The notes: generated from the letters alone by a model not told the origin. A stretch of 62,758 nucleotides of DNA from Chiloscyllium plagiosum (GCF_004010195.1 NC_057720.1:7863117-7925874); one strand, 5' to 3'; counted from the stretch's first letter, positions 36,792 to 49,903 are shown. Numbers and translations are program-made.

Positions 36792-38104
36792 TGATCATAT
36801 TGAATGGGGGAACAGGCTGGAAGGGCCGAATGGCCTACTCTTATTCCTAATTTCTGTCTTTCTATTCCTGGGCCAGCTCTTCAAATGAACAATGTACTTA
36901 GTACCATTCTCCCGCCTCCTCCCCATAAACTTTCACATCTGACCAGTTTCAGATAACAGTCTAATTCCCAGGTGAATACTGTCCACTGTGCTGGGCATGG
37001 GAAGAGTGAGAGGGGGGTTTGGAGGGTCATCAAATTTTGAGACTGATTCGGAATATGAACTGATTTAAATATCTAGCCCCATGGTTCAAATCTTTAACAA
37101 TCCCATTTGGGAAAAGAACAATTAACAAAATCCAAATCTACTGCCTTTTGCTGACAAATGAAGAAATCGAAAAATAATTAACTCATCCCTTCCACTCAGC
37201 AGTTTGACCCCCAGTTGTTTCAGACATTGATAAGCTCAGTAATAAGTGGTGGAGATATAAATATTCCCCATCCACAACTCCTCCCCCTCCTCCCCTTCTT
37301 TTTGCAATTAAAGAATAATTTTTCGTTTTATTGCAAAGATTACATTTCTTGGCGGATTATACGCACTGAACCAATAATCCCCTTTTCTGGTTAAAATCAC
37401 TGCTTTGTGGAGTAGCCTGCTGTGGTAATATTATAAATGATATTTAATCATATCAACTCAATCCTGGGAGATTGTAGTACTCCATCGCTAATACCAACAG
37501 CATCATCATTCAGGAATGTAGCCTGGAGTACCTAATACTTAAATGAGTTTTCAAAAAAATATTAGAATTCACAAGGGGAATCATCAACTTTGAGTCTCCT
37601 TTGACAGGTAATGACCAAGCGGTAATAGAATCAATCCTAACCTAAGTTGAATTAGCTTATCTCAGCTGGGATGTACGTTTCCTACTAGAAGTAAATTTAG
37701 TCAATGCTCACTCTGCTTACAGCCAGTGAGAGGCAGCTGGAATATTTGTGTGTGAGAAAGACTGAGGCTATACACGCTGAAGTTTAGAAGAATTTAAAAA
37801 AAAAACATGATTTGGAAAGTATGTGGCAGGGTAAATAGTGACAGGTTGTTTTCTCCCAGGCTGGACATTCGGAATGAGGGGGAAACAGTCTGAGGATCCA
37901 AGACTTGTTGTTTCGGCATGAGACCAAGAGAAATGTTTCTACCCCCAAGGACTGCATTTTTGAATACTGTTAAGGATAGGTTAGAGCGATTTTTGGTCTC
38001 TCAGGGATAAAGGAGTGGGAAAGTGGACTTGAAGCAGCCATGACTTATGTTTTGATTGGTGGAGCAGGCTTGAGGGGCCAATTGGCCTATTCATGCTTCT
38101 ATTT

Positions 38105-38630
38105 CTCAAATGTTATCAGAAGGACGTTGTTAAACGTGAGAGGATGCAGAACAGCTTTACAGGGATGTTGTCAGGGTTAGAGGTTTTGACTTATAGGGAG
38201 AGGCTGAATAGACTGGGGCTATTTTCCCTGGAGCACCGGAGGCTGAGGGGTGACCTTACAGAGTTTACAAAATCATGAGGGTCATGGATAGGGTGAATAG
38301 CCAAGGTCTTTTTCCCAGGGTCTTTTTCCCAGGGTAAGGGAGTTCAAAATTAGAGGACACAGGGTTTAAGGCGAGAGGATCTAAGGGGCAACTTTTTCAC
38401 ACAGAAGGTGGTGCGCGTATGAAATGAACTGCCAGAGGAAGTGGTGAAGGCTGGTACAATTACATAATTTAAAAGGCATCTGGATGGGTATATGAATAGG
38501 AAGGGTTTAGAGGGATATGGGCCCATTGCTGGCAAATGGGATTAAATTAATGTAAGATATTTATTCAGCATGGCCGAGTTGGACCGAAGGGTCTGTTTCC
38601 ATGCTGTACATCTCTATGATTCTATGACTC
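38105..38630 (+). mobile_element. CR1 (HER1-like) 3' end
   Basis: YRERLNRLGLFSLEHRRLRGDL; CTATGATTCTATGACT tail. Confidence 0.9.
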
Positions 38631-39004
38631 AATGTTCTTCTTTGTGAATGTGTCTGCACATGTAGATGTCTGTTAATGAAATAACTCCACAGAGGCCAGT
38701 ATCACGTCACCAAATCACCTTTATTTACTCATGACCTATGACCTGGTGTCGTGAGACTTCTGACTTTGTTTCTATTAAGAATGGGAGAATGAGACAAAAT
38801 TTGAGGTGGCCCTTTTACTGAGCCTGTCTGTGCTCTCTGCAACGTCTATGCCCCTCCACTGAACTAACTCTGGAAGCTGCAGGCCTGGCTCCTGTTGTCA
38901 CTCAGTCATATCCCTCTGAATAAAACCCCCACCTTTGTGGGCCCCTTCTCCTGAGACAGGCAGCCTGGGCCAGGAAAGTTTCCAAATCCCTCCAGGCGTT
39001 AAAG

Positions 39005-39225
39005 CGTGTGGTGCTGGAAAAGCACAGCCGGTCAGGCAGCATCTTAGGAGCAGGAGAATCGACATTCTGAGCATAAGCCCTTCATCAGGAATCAGAAATT
39101 TTTCATTCCTGATGAAGAGCTTTGCTCGAAACATCGACTCTTCTGCTTCTCGGATGATGCCTGACCGGCTGTGCTGTTCCAACATCACACTCTCGACTCT
39201 TATCTCCAGCATCTGCAGTTCTTCT
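39005..39225. mobile_element. PLE family A inverted dimer
   Basis: Right-arm hammerhead has compensatory stem II GAGC-TTT-GCTC (39117-39127). Confidence 0.85.
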
Positions 39226-39815
39226 ATTCTCATCCACGATGTGGAGGGGGCACAGGCAGGAGGAGTTTGCAAAAATAGGGATGGATAAGGCTATTCTTAA
39301 ATGAATCTTAAAACCAAAGAGTTGCTTGAGCTGGAGCTAGTGGTCCCTGAGGACTGGGCTGACGGGTGAACACAAGATGTTGGGTGCATTAAACCTGCTA
39401 GCAAAAGGAGCAACTGGGACATGAGTAAAGATTAATGGTTAGGGTAGGGCTTGCAGTAGAGACCTATATAATCGGGCTTTCGAAAGGGGATTGATGTGAG
39501 CCCTGAAGAGAAAAATTGCAAGACAACGCCAAAAGAGACGGGTGTGGGATTTGCTGAGTTGCTGTCTCAGGCAGCTGACAAGGACGAGATGGGCTGAAAG
39601 GCCTTCATGCGTGCTGTGCCTCAAGGACACGGGCAGCAGCATTTCGAATGGCCTCAAATTGATAGCGGGTAGATTGGTGGCCACCATCCAGGAGCGCACG
39701 AAAATAGTTGGGTCCAGAAGGGGCAAAGGTCAGAATAAGAGTCTCACCGACAGATGAGCCAAGAGAAGCTCTTAATTTGGCAGCATTTCAGAGGTAGAAA
39801 TGGTCAGACTTTAAG

Positions 39816-40111
39816 TTCAACAGGCAGCAGGCTGGAAGAGCAGAGCAAGCCAGGCAGCATCAGGGGTGCAGAAGTCAACGTTTTGGGTGTAACCTTTCAC
39901 CAGGAGTAGGAATGGGTGTGGGGGGAGCTGCAGATTCAGGGGGAAATGGGAACATAGTAGTGAAGTGGGAATAGGTGAAGGCCACAAAAAGGGTTTCACC
40001 CGAAACATCGACTTCTCCACCTCCTGATGCTGCCTGGCTTGCTGTGTTCTTCCAGCTTCCTGCCTGTCTACTTTGGATTAGGCATCTGCAGTATTTTTTG
40101 TCTCTAACCAC
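39816..40111. mobile_element. PLE family D inverted dimer
   Basis: Arms GCAAGCCAGGCAGCATCAGG and CCTGATGCTGCCTGGCTTGC; stem II GGGT-TTC-ACCC-GAAA; TSD ACTTTAAG at 39808-39815 and 40112-40119. Confidence 0.75.
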
Positions 40112-40214
40112 ACTTTAAGATGGCACATATACATAGTACTCACGTATGTGTACTATAGAAGCACAAATATGCATATTCCTAAAGACACTCAAATAGACAT
40201 GTGTGCACCCACGA

Positions 40215-41044
40215 CCACTTCCATCCAGAAGGATAAGGACAGCAGATACCTGGGAACACCACGACATGTCTGTTTTGAGGAAGGGTCACTCGACACGAAA
40301 CGTTAAGTCTGATTTCTGTCCACAGATGCTACCAAACCTGCTAAGCTTTTCCAGCAATTTCTGTTTTTTCCCACCATGAGCAGGTTACCCTCCAAGCCAA
40401 TCACTATCCTGTCTTGTAGATATATTGCCTGTTCCATGGTCAAAATCCTGAAGTTCTCTCTCTCAACATCATTGTGGGCACTTATAGAACATGGATATAA
40501 TGGTTCAAGAAGGCAGCTCACCACCACCTTCTCAAGAGTCATAGGGAGAGGCTGAATAGGCTGGGGCTGTTTTCCCTGGAGCATCAGAGGCTGAGGGGTG
40601 ACCTTATAGAGGTTTATATAATCATGAGGTGCATGGATAGGGTAAATAGACAAGGTCTTTTCCCTGGGGTGGGGGAATCCAGAACTAGAGGCCATAGATT
40701 TAGGGTGAGAGTAGAAAGATATAAAAGGGACCTAAGGGACAACTCTTTCACACAGAGGGTGGTGCATGTGTAGAATGAGCTGCCAGAGGAATTGGTGGAG
40801 GCTGGGACAATTACAATATTTAAAAGGCATCAGGATGGGTATATGAATCGGAAGAGTTTGGAGAGACATGGGCCAAGTGCTGGCAAATGGGACTAGATTA
40901 AGTTAAGATATCCGGTTGGCGTGGACAAGTTGGACCAAAGGGCCTGTTTCTGTGCTGGATATCTCTATGATTCTCTGCTGCTAGGAACAGATAGTAAGTA
41001 CTGTCTCAGTCAGTGACACCAATGTCCCATGAGTGAATAAAAAT
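40215..41044 (+). mobile_element. Second LINE family 3' end, with a nested PLE family E piece (40268-40370) and a CR1 3' end (40537-40972)
   Basis: GGTTCAAGAAGGCAGCTCACCACCACCTTCTCAAG...CCCATGAGTGAATAAAAA; PLE piece TTGAGGAAGGGTCACTCGACACGAAACGTT. Confidence 0.75.
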
Positions 41045-41582
41045 ACATTTACATACAACACTCATAAGTGCATGTGTGTTATAGTTACATATGCCCATAC
41101 TGAGTTCTGTGAGTCCTGGATAATATTCAACAAGTCAGTCTCTCCGCTTGTCTTGCCTACCTTTCTGATATCACTGGTTGGGACAACATAATTTAAAAAT
41201 AACAGCTCACAAATATCACAGAATTTTAATAAAGAGAGAGGAACAGATGGCTGAAGTTTTAATTGCATCTCTTTTCATAAAATCACGTCAGCAAACGCTG
41301 TAGCAGCAATTGTTTTGATGTGGTCTTTTGTACCTACAAAGGTATCAGCTGGACTCAAAGTTAGTGCCATGTCACAGAGTTGCTTGTGAAGTGAAGTGGT
41401 TGAGACAAGTAATCAGTCCATCAAAGAGTATTTTGAGCTTTGTCCTTAATTAATAACGGGATTCACGGTTTGGGGGGGGGTGGGGAGGATGGGGTCGAGA
41501 AACATATCAGCCATCATTGAATGGCATAGCAGACTCAATAAGTCAAATGGCCTAATTCTGTTCTGACATCATGTGGTCTCAT

Positions 41583-42372
41583 TATAGAGTCATCGAGTCA
41601 GAGAGATGTACAGCATGGAAACAGACCCTTCGGTCCAACCCATCCATGCTAACCAGATATCCCAACCCAATCTAGTCCCACCTGCCATCACCCAGCCCAT
41701 ATCCCTCCAAATCCTTCCTATTCATATACCCATCCAGATGCCTTTAAATGTTACAATTGTACCAGCCTCCATCACTTCCTTTGGCAGCTCATTCTATACA
41801 TGTACCACCCTCTGTGTGAAAACGTTGCCCCTTAGATCTCTTTTTTATCTTTTCCTCTCACCCTAAACTTATGCCCTCTCATTCTGGGCTCTCCCACCCC
41901 AGGGAAAGGACTTTGTCCATTTATCCTATCCATGCCTCTCATGATTTTAAGAACTTCCACAAGGTCACCCTTCAGCCTCCAACGCTCCAGGAAAAACAGC
42001 CCTTGCCTATTCAACCTCTCTCTGTAGCTCAAATCCTCCAACACCCTTCCAAGTGTCACAAAATCCTTCCGATAGGAAGGAGACCAGAATAGCACGCAAT
42101 ATTCCAACAGTGGCCTAACCAATGTCCTGTACAGCCGCAACATGACCTCCCAACTCCTGTACTCAATACTCTCACCAATAAAGGAAAGCATACCAAACAC
42201 CTTCTTCACTATCCTATCTACCTGCGACTCCACTTTCAAGGAGCTATGAACCTGCACTCCAAGGTCTCCTTGTTCAGCAACACTCCCTAGGATCTTACCA
42301 TTAAGTGTATAAGTCCTGCTAAGACTTGTCTCCCCAAAATGCAGCACCTCACATTTTTATAAATTAAACTCC
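41583..42372 (-). mobile_element. CR1 (HER1-like) 3' fragment
   Basis: ORF 41832-42347: DLGVQVHSSLKVESQVDRIVKK...LYRTLVRPLLEYC. Confidence 0.93.
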
Positions 42373-42409
42373 AGATTTATTAGTTATACTGGAGTTCAGT
42401 TCTTCATCA

Positions 42410-42636
42410 CCATAGAGCCCCTACAGGGTGGATATAGGCCATTCAGCCCAACTAGTCCACACCAACTCTCCAAAGAGCATCCCACCCAAACCCACCTCCC
42501 CGCACCAGACCCAACCACCCTTCCCATTAACCTGCACTTCCCAGGGCTAATCTACCTCGTTTTACACATACCTGAACACTATGGGCAATTTAGCATGGCC
42601 AAATCCACCTAACCTCTTTGGACTGTGGGAGGAAAC
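42410..42636 (-). mobile_element. HE1-type SINE 3' part
   Basis: CACTATGGGCAATTTAGCATGGCC...GGACTGTGGGAGGAAAC. Confidence 0.8.
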
Positions 42637-42641
42637 TTTCA

Positions 42642-43119
42642 ATAGACAATAGACAATAGGTGCAGGAGTAGGCCATTCTGCCCTTCGAGCCTGCACCACC
42701 ATTCAATATGATCATGGCTGATCATCCTCAATCAGTATCCTGTTCCTGCCTTATCTCCATAACCCTTGATTCCACTATCCTTGAGAGCTCTATCTAACTC
42801 TTTCTTAAATGAATCCAGAGACTGGGCCTCCACTGCCCTCTGGGGCAGAGCATTCCACACAGCTACCACTCTCTGGGTGAAGAAGTTTCTCCTCATCTCT
42901 GTCCCAAATGGTCTACCCCGTATTTTTAAGCTGTGTCCTCTAGTTCAGCACTCACCATCAGCCTCCAGAGTGTCTTATACGTCTCAATCAGATCCCCTCT
43001 CAGTCTTCTAAACTCAAGGGGAGACAAGCCCAGTCGCTCCAGTCTTTCAGTGTAAGGTAATCCTGCCATTCCAGGAATTGACCTCGTGAACCTACGCTGC
43101 ACTTTCTCAATAGCCAGAA
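42642..43119 (-). mobile_element. Young CR1 second-subfamily 3' end
   Basis: ILAIEKVQRRFTRSIPGMAGLPYTERLERLGL; tail nearly identical to 33015-33100. Confidence 0.92.
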
Positions 43120-44514
43120 TATTTTGTGCTCTTTTGTTTCGGAAAACTGAAACTGAGCCACTGTGCCTTTTCTCTACATCAGACCCTGCCTGGTCCAGTT
43201 TGCCTGAGTAAGGCTGGGAGTTTAACATTTAGCTGAATTCGGAGTGGCTCTGTATGCAGTGGCTCAGACCCAGGAGGAACTAGTTTGAGGCTGCCGAACT
43301 TCCTTCACATTGTATTGTCTTAGAGAGGTAATTTCTTTTCCATCAGTCTTGTGCTGGCATTAGGCTGATGAAACAGAAAAGCGTGCTAACGTAGTGTTTT
43401 GGCCTTGTCCTGTCTTCACTCTACATATTGCTGATTTAAAGGGGTGATCTTATTGAAATAGAGTCATAGAGTCAGACAGTGCTCTAACAGACCCTTTGGT
43501 TCAAAGCATCCATGCCAACCAGGTATCCTAAACTCTTTGCGTCCCATTTGTCAGCATTTGGCCCATATCCCTTTCAACCCTTTACTATTCGTGTACCTAT
43601 AAAATTCTGAAAAAATGCAAAACTTAAGAAAACAGTCGTTAGTTCTCTCAGAAAGTGAGGAAAGCAGCTCCAGCACTGAAAATACCTGAAGAAAGGAACA
43701 GCACTTCCAGCTGGGATCCTATATGACAGGCACTTGACGGGTTAGATACTGAAAGGATGCTTTATTCTCTGGGGAGGATTTTGAACTAGGACACGTCATT
43801 TCTGAGAAAAGGGGTTTCCCATTTAAGACAGAAATGAGAAGGAATTTATTCTCTCAGAGGATTGTCTGTCTTTGGAATTCTCATCCCCAGTGAGCAGCAG
43901 AGACTGGGTCATTGAGTATATTGAAGGCTGCATTAGACAGATTACTAAAACGTGTGAGAGTCAAGGGATGTTAGGAAAATGGAGCTGAGGCCGCAATCAG
44001 ATTAGTAATGATCTTATTAAATGGTGGAGAAGGCTTGAGGAGCTGAACGTCTACACCTGCTTCCTACTGTATTTTCGTCTTTGGTTCTTTGATCTTTTCA
44101 GCCAGGCTTGAGAGAACTGACTAATAGATGGCCCCATCTGTCTGTACTTTGTAGCATGACTGAACAACCTGTCTACTTCCTGTTGTACTCTGGTGTCAGC
44201 GTGAACTAGAGTTCCTGTTGACAGTGACAGCGTCACCACAGCAGCAGTGACAGAGTTCGTTAGCATGTCTGTGGAGGTGAGGTGATTGCGCAGATGACGC
44301 TAAGCAGTGACACAGAGATGACAGAGAGGCGCACAGTGCGGCCGGCATCTGATCCAGGGGTCTCACGAGAGTACGGATGAGGACTATGTCTTCCCCCCAT
44401 TGAGAAAGGTTAGGTGGCATTCAAACACTCCCCAGGCACCGACCTGCCTAGTGGTGGACCTTCTCCAAATCTCTCCATTCCCACCCGCTCCAAAGCTGCT
44501 GCAATTCTCCATTC

Positions 44515-44644
44515 GGAGAAAGTGAGGACTGCAGATGTTGGAGATCAGTGTCGAAGAGTGTGGTGCCAGAAAAGCATAGCAGGTCAGACAGCATCCGAGG
44601 AGCAGGAGAGCCAATGTTTCGGGCATAAGCCCCTCATCAGGAAT
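44515..44644 (-). mobile_element. PLE family A terminal monomer
   Basis: TSD AATTCTYCATT at 44503-44513 and 44642-44652. Confidence 0.88.
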
Positions 44645-44885
44645 TCTTCATTGTGTTCAGCGCCACTGGGGGCTGTGGCCAGTGTTGCACCCATCAACCC
44701 AAGGTCCAGAAGCAGCAGATGATGCAGGGCCCAAGTGAGTGAGGGAAAGTTGAGGGTTCATGGGGTGGGGACAACAAGAAAATCTCATCTTCACCTTACC
44801 CACCTCACCCTCCTCCTTCCACTAGCTTTGGGCTCACAAGTCAAAGATGACAGGGATTTTTTTTTTGGGTTTCCCTCATAGTTTG

Positions 44886-45205
44886 GTGGGTGGCACGGTG
44901 GCACAGTGGTTAGCACTGCTGCCTCACAGCGCCAGAGACCTGGGTTCAATTCCTGCCTCAGGCGACTCTCTGTGTGGAGTTTGCACATTCTCCCCGTGTC
45001 TGCGTGGGTTTCCTCCGGGTGCTCCGGTTTCCTCCCACATTCCAAAAATGTGCAGGTTAGGTGAATTGGCCATGCTAAATTGCCCATAGTGTTAGGTATA
45101 TTAATCAGAGGGGAAATGGGTCTGGGTGGGTTGCGCTTCGGAGGGTCGGTGTGGACTTTTTGGGCCGAAGGGCCTGTTTCCACGCTGTAGGGAATCTAAT
45201 CTAAT
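44886..45205 (+). mobile_element. HE1-type SINE, full length, young
   Basis: A box TGGCACAGTGG (44899-44909), B box GGTTCAATTCC (44943-44953), (AATCT)n tail. Confidence 0.95.
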
Positions 45206-45537
45206 CACAGCTGCTGATTGAACAGCAGAATTGATGGTCCACTTATAGGTCACAAATTGGCTTCAGGCAGAGGAGAAAATCTACAGGTTTTCCCACTCCA
45301 GTTAGAGGCCAGACCGAGGCAGGAAGACAGTACAATCCATACCTGACCACACTCTCCACACCATCACTACCACCACCACTATCACCACCACCACCGCCAC
45401 TCCCACCCCCCCCAACCGCCACTCCCACCCCCCCTCTCCCCCACACACACACCGCCTTCATTGGCCTGGTTAAATGCTCCCTACTTCCAAATGAGACTTT
45501 TTCTCTTCTTCTTTTATGGCTGAGGGCATCATTAGCT

Positions 45538-45665
45538 AAGCGAAAGTGAGGATTGCAGATACTGGAGATCAGAGTCAAGGTTAGAGTGGTGTTGGATAAG
45601 CACAGCAGGTCAGGCAGCATCCAAGGAGCAGGAAAATCGATGTTTCGGGCAGGAGCACTTCATCA
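45538..45665 (-). mobile_element. PLE family A terminal monomer inside a second-family SINE
   Basis: TSD GGCATCATTAGCT at 45525-45537 and 45666-45678. Confidence 0.88.
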
Positions 45666-46523
45666 GGCATCATTAGCTTATCCTTAATTGCCCAGAGGCC
45701 AGTTAAGAATCAGCCATGTTGTGGGGAATCTGGAGTCACATGTAGACTAGACAAGCTAACAATGACAGTTTTCCTTGCCTGAAGGACATTTGTGTACCAG
45801 ATGGGTTTTCTGACAATTGGCAATCGCTTCTTGGGCATTATTCGACCCTTAATTCCAGAATATTATTGAATTTCAATTCCACCATCTTTGTGTTTCTGAA
45901 TCTAGCAATAATACCACTAGGCCATGACCCCCAACTCTTAGAGATTCAATAGACTGAACCAGATTTGGCCTTTTGGGGTTTTTTCCATGGTACTTTAGCA
46001 TGGGAGATCCTTTCACAGTATTTATACATCGGTAGCGAAACCAGCATGTGTTGCTTCCGAATTGCCCCTTGTTCTGAGTAACTTTTTCACAGGGCAGTTG
46101 AGAGTCAATCTCATTATTAAGGAGCTGGAGTCACATGTACGCCTGTCTGAATTATGAAGGCAGATTCTCTTCCCTAAAGGGCATCAGTGAACCAGATGGA
46201 CTTTTAACAACCGTGGTCACCATCCCTCAGACTCGCTTTCAATTTCAGATTTAATAATTGGATTTAAATTGCACCAGCTGCTATGATGAGATTCGAACTC
46301 TTGTCCCCACAGCATTAGTCTGGACTACTGCTGCAGTGATATTTCTGCTCTGCCATAATGAAGTGTAATAAGTGCCATAACATTTAAGGCTATGGGTCTC
46401 GTGCTGGAAAGCAGGACCAGTGTAGATTTGATGTATTTTTGGTAGGACAGATCAGTACTGAATGATTCTAAGATTACCATGCCCGTCACAGTCATGATGC
46501 TGAAGCCAACTAAGACTGATTAG

Positions 46524-46654
46524 TCATGATTTGGAGATGCCGGTGTTGGACTGAGGTGTACAAAGTTAAAAACCACCTGATGAAGGAGCGGCGCTCCGAA
46601 AGCTAGTGTGCTTCCAATTAAACCTGTTGGACTATAACCTGGTGTTGTGTGAGT
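46524..46654. mobile_element. PLE family B short rearranged insertion with an intact hammerhead motif (46574-46608, +)
   Basis: CAC-CTGATGA-A-GGAGC-GGC-GCTCC-GAAA-GC-TA-GTG; TSD TAAGACTGATTAG at 46511-46523 and 46655-46667. Confidence 0.85.
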
Positions 46655-47179
46655 TAAGACTGATTAGAGCACAGATAGGGGCCATTCACAGCGATAGGAC
46701 CGTGTTTGGTGCTTAGACAGCACCCAAGGCCTCCTCCCTCTGTGAGACTCCAAACCCCCATCTAATATCCTAATTCATCTGACCCAATGAAATTTAACTT
46801 CGGTACATACAGAATAGGACTGCATTCAGTCCGTATCGCTTGCTCCACTATTCAATAGCCACTCTGTTCATGTTTCGAATTCCACATTTCCATCTCCCCT
46901 TCAATAACCTTCAGTTTTCCTCCCTAACAAGAACCAATCTGCTTCTGCCTTAATAAAATATTTGAAGACCCCATCTCCACTACCTTTTGAGGTAGAGAGT
47001 TCCAAAGTCTCATGACCTTCTGAGAGAAATCAATTCTCCTCATCTTTGTCCTGAGCAGATGATTCCTCATTAAAAACACTGCCTCCTCGCTTTGAATGGA
47101 CCTACAAAAAGGGAAATTTTTTCCATGTCTGCCTCATCGAGGCCATTCAGGATCTTACACACTTTATCACCTCTCACTT

Positions 47180-47480
47180 CATAGCACCCCAACAGTGTGG
47201 AAACAGGTCTTTCGGCCCAAGTGGTCCATACCAACCCTTTGAAGAGCATCCCACTCAGACACATCCCCCTACCCTATATTTCCTACAGCTAACCTACCGA
47301 GCCTGCATATCCCTGAACATGATCGGCAATTTAGCATGGTCAATCCACCTAACCTCCACATCTCTGGACTGTGGGAGGAAATTGGAACACCCAGAAGAAA
47401 CCCATGCAGACACAGGGAGAACATGCAATATCCACACAGACATTCGCCTGAGGCTGGAATCAAACCTGGGTCCCTTGCAG
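47180..47480 (-). mobile_element. HE1-type SINE inside an old CR1 3' end
   Basis: V-domain and tail on the reverse strand. Confidence 0.82.
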
Positions 47481-48044
47481 CAGAGCTGATCACTGACCCA
47501 CCTAACTCACTCCCCTAACTCCAAAGGAAACAGATCTAGCCTGTGGAACGTTTCGTCATAAAGCATAATTCACTCATTCCAAGTGAAAAAAAAGGGTAAA
47601 TCTCCTCTGAATCACCTCCAGTACATTTACATCCTTTCAGAAATAAGAACATCTATCTTTGTCTCTTCTCTGTTTACTTTACAGCCTCTTAAGGGTAGGA
47701 AATGTTGGGAAAACTCCACAGGTCTGACAGCATCCGTGAAGAGAGAAACAGAGTTATCATTTTAAGTACACCATGACTTTACCTCAGAATTATCTGAATA
47801 TTCTGCAGAGGAGTCATACTGGACCTGAAACATTATCTCTGATTCTCTCCTGCCTGACCTGCCAAGTTGATTTCAGCTTCTTCCATGTGTTTGTTTCAGA
47901 TTTCCAAACACCTGCAATATATTTCTTTTATACGCTATTCATTTCAATGACTCCTGGTTATTGCTGGTTCTGTATTTGAATCATTTGGGTAAAGAAGTTT
48001 CCTCTCAGTTCCCTGTTCATTTTATTAATGACCAACTTATGTTA

Positions 48045-49860
48045 GAGTCATACAATCACAGTTATTCTATACATGCACCACTCTCTGTGTGAAGAAGTTG
48101 CCCCTGAGGTCCCTTTTAAATCTTTCCCCTCTCACCTTAAATCTATGCGCTCTAGCTTTGGACTGCCCTACCCTGGGGAATAGACCTTGACTATTCACCC
48201 TATCCATGATTTTGTAAACCTCTGGAAGGTCACTCCTCAGCCTCCGATGCTCCAGGGAAAACAATCCCAGCCTATTCAGCCATATCATTGACACCTTAGC
48301 ATTAGCTCCAGTTGCACATGGAAAGATCTTCTCTACTGAAGACCATAAGACATAGGAGCAGAAATTAGGCCATTCGGCCCAACAAGTCTGTTCGACATTC
48401 AATCATGGTTAATGGATTTTTTCAACCCCATTCTCCTACTTTCTCCCTGTAACCTTTGATCCCCTGGACAATCAGAACCTATCCATCTCCATTTATAACA
48501 TATACTCAATAACCTAGCCTCCACAGCATACTGAGGCAATACATTCCACAGATTCACTGGCTAAAGATATTTCCCCTTATCTCCCTTCTAAAGGGTCTTC
48601 CCTTTATTCTAAGGCTGTGCCCTCGGGTCCTAGTCTCTCCTACCAATGGAAACATCTTCCCAACGTTCATGCTGTCCAGGACATTTAGTATCCTGTAAGT
48701 TTCAATTAAATCCACCTTTGTTCTTCTAAACTCCATATAGGTATAGTCCTAGAGATCTCAAATGTTCCGCATATGTTAAGCCATTCATTCCAGGGATGAT
48801 TCTCGTGAACCTCCTATAGATGTGCTCCAGGGCCAGTATATCCTTCCTGAGATATGGGACACAAACTGTGCATAATACTCCAAATGTGGTCTGACTGGAG
48901 CCTTGTAGAACCTCGCAAATACATCCCTGCTTTTATATTCTAGTCCTCTGTAGATGAATGACAACATTGTACTTGCCTTCCAAACTACTGACTCAACCTT
49001 CAAGTTTACCTTGAGACAGTCCTAGACTAGGACTCCCAAGTTCCTTCGCGCTTCAGATTTCTGAATTTTCTCCCCATGTAGAAAATAGTCTATGCCGCTA
49101 TTCTTCCTTCCAAAGTGCATGACCTTATACTTTTCCACGTTGTACTCTATCTGCCACTTCTTTGCCCAATCTCCTAACCTGTCGAAATCTTTCTGCTGCC
49201 TTAATGCCTCCTCAATGCTACCTGTTCCTCTGACTATCTTTGTATCATCTGCAAACTTAGCTAGAATGCCCTCAGTTCCTTAATCTAGATTGTTAATGTA
49301 TAAAGTGAAAAGTTGTGGTCCCAACACTGAGCCTTGCAGAACACCACTAGTCACCACTTCCATCCTGAGAAGGCACGTTTTATCTCTACTCTGTACCTTA
49401 CCTGTCACACCACAGGCCCTTATCTCACTCAGCAGTCTCCTGTGAGGCACCTACCCAATTATACTCAACTGGTAGGGGCAAACTCCGCAGTGACTGGCAC
49501 CAGAGTGAGAAACGCAAAGACCTTCTGGAAGTCCAAATAGTTAACATCCATTGGCTCTCCCTGGTCTAATCTGCTCATTACCTCCTCAAAGAATTCTAAC
49601 AGATTTGTCAGGCATGACCTTCCCTTGATGAAACCTGGCTGACTTTGACTTATTTTACCATGCACTTCCAAGTATTCAGAAATCTCATCCTTCACAATGG
49701 ACTCCAAAGTTTTACCAAGGTCAGGCTAATCAGCCTATGATTTCGCATCTTTTCTCTTCTTAAATAGAGGGGTTACATTAGGGATTTTCCAGTCCTCTGG
49801 GACCCTCCCTGACTACAGTGATTCCTGACAGATCACCACTAAAGCCTCCACTATCTCTTC
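48045..49860 (-). mobile_element. CR1 fragments (48045-48285 and 48340-49860)
   Basis: QPGFIKGRSCLTNLLEFFEEV...YLDFQKVF, KFADDTKI, VRPHLEYYAQF. Confidence 0.9.
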
Positions 49861-49903
49861 CACTATCCCACCTATCCCATAGGATCTCCTCACTGTTTTG
49901 TAG

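Noticed and set aside
44886..44965. HE1 heads as tRNA genes
   Set aside because: A and B boxes are present but there is no cloverleaf; they are SINE heads
45345..45450. Gly-rich ORF 45243-45620
   Set aside because: Derived from a (CCA)n/C-rich low-complexity tract plus a PLE terminus
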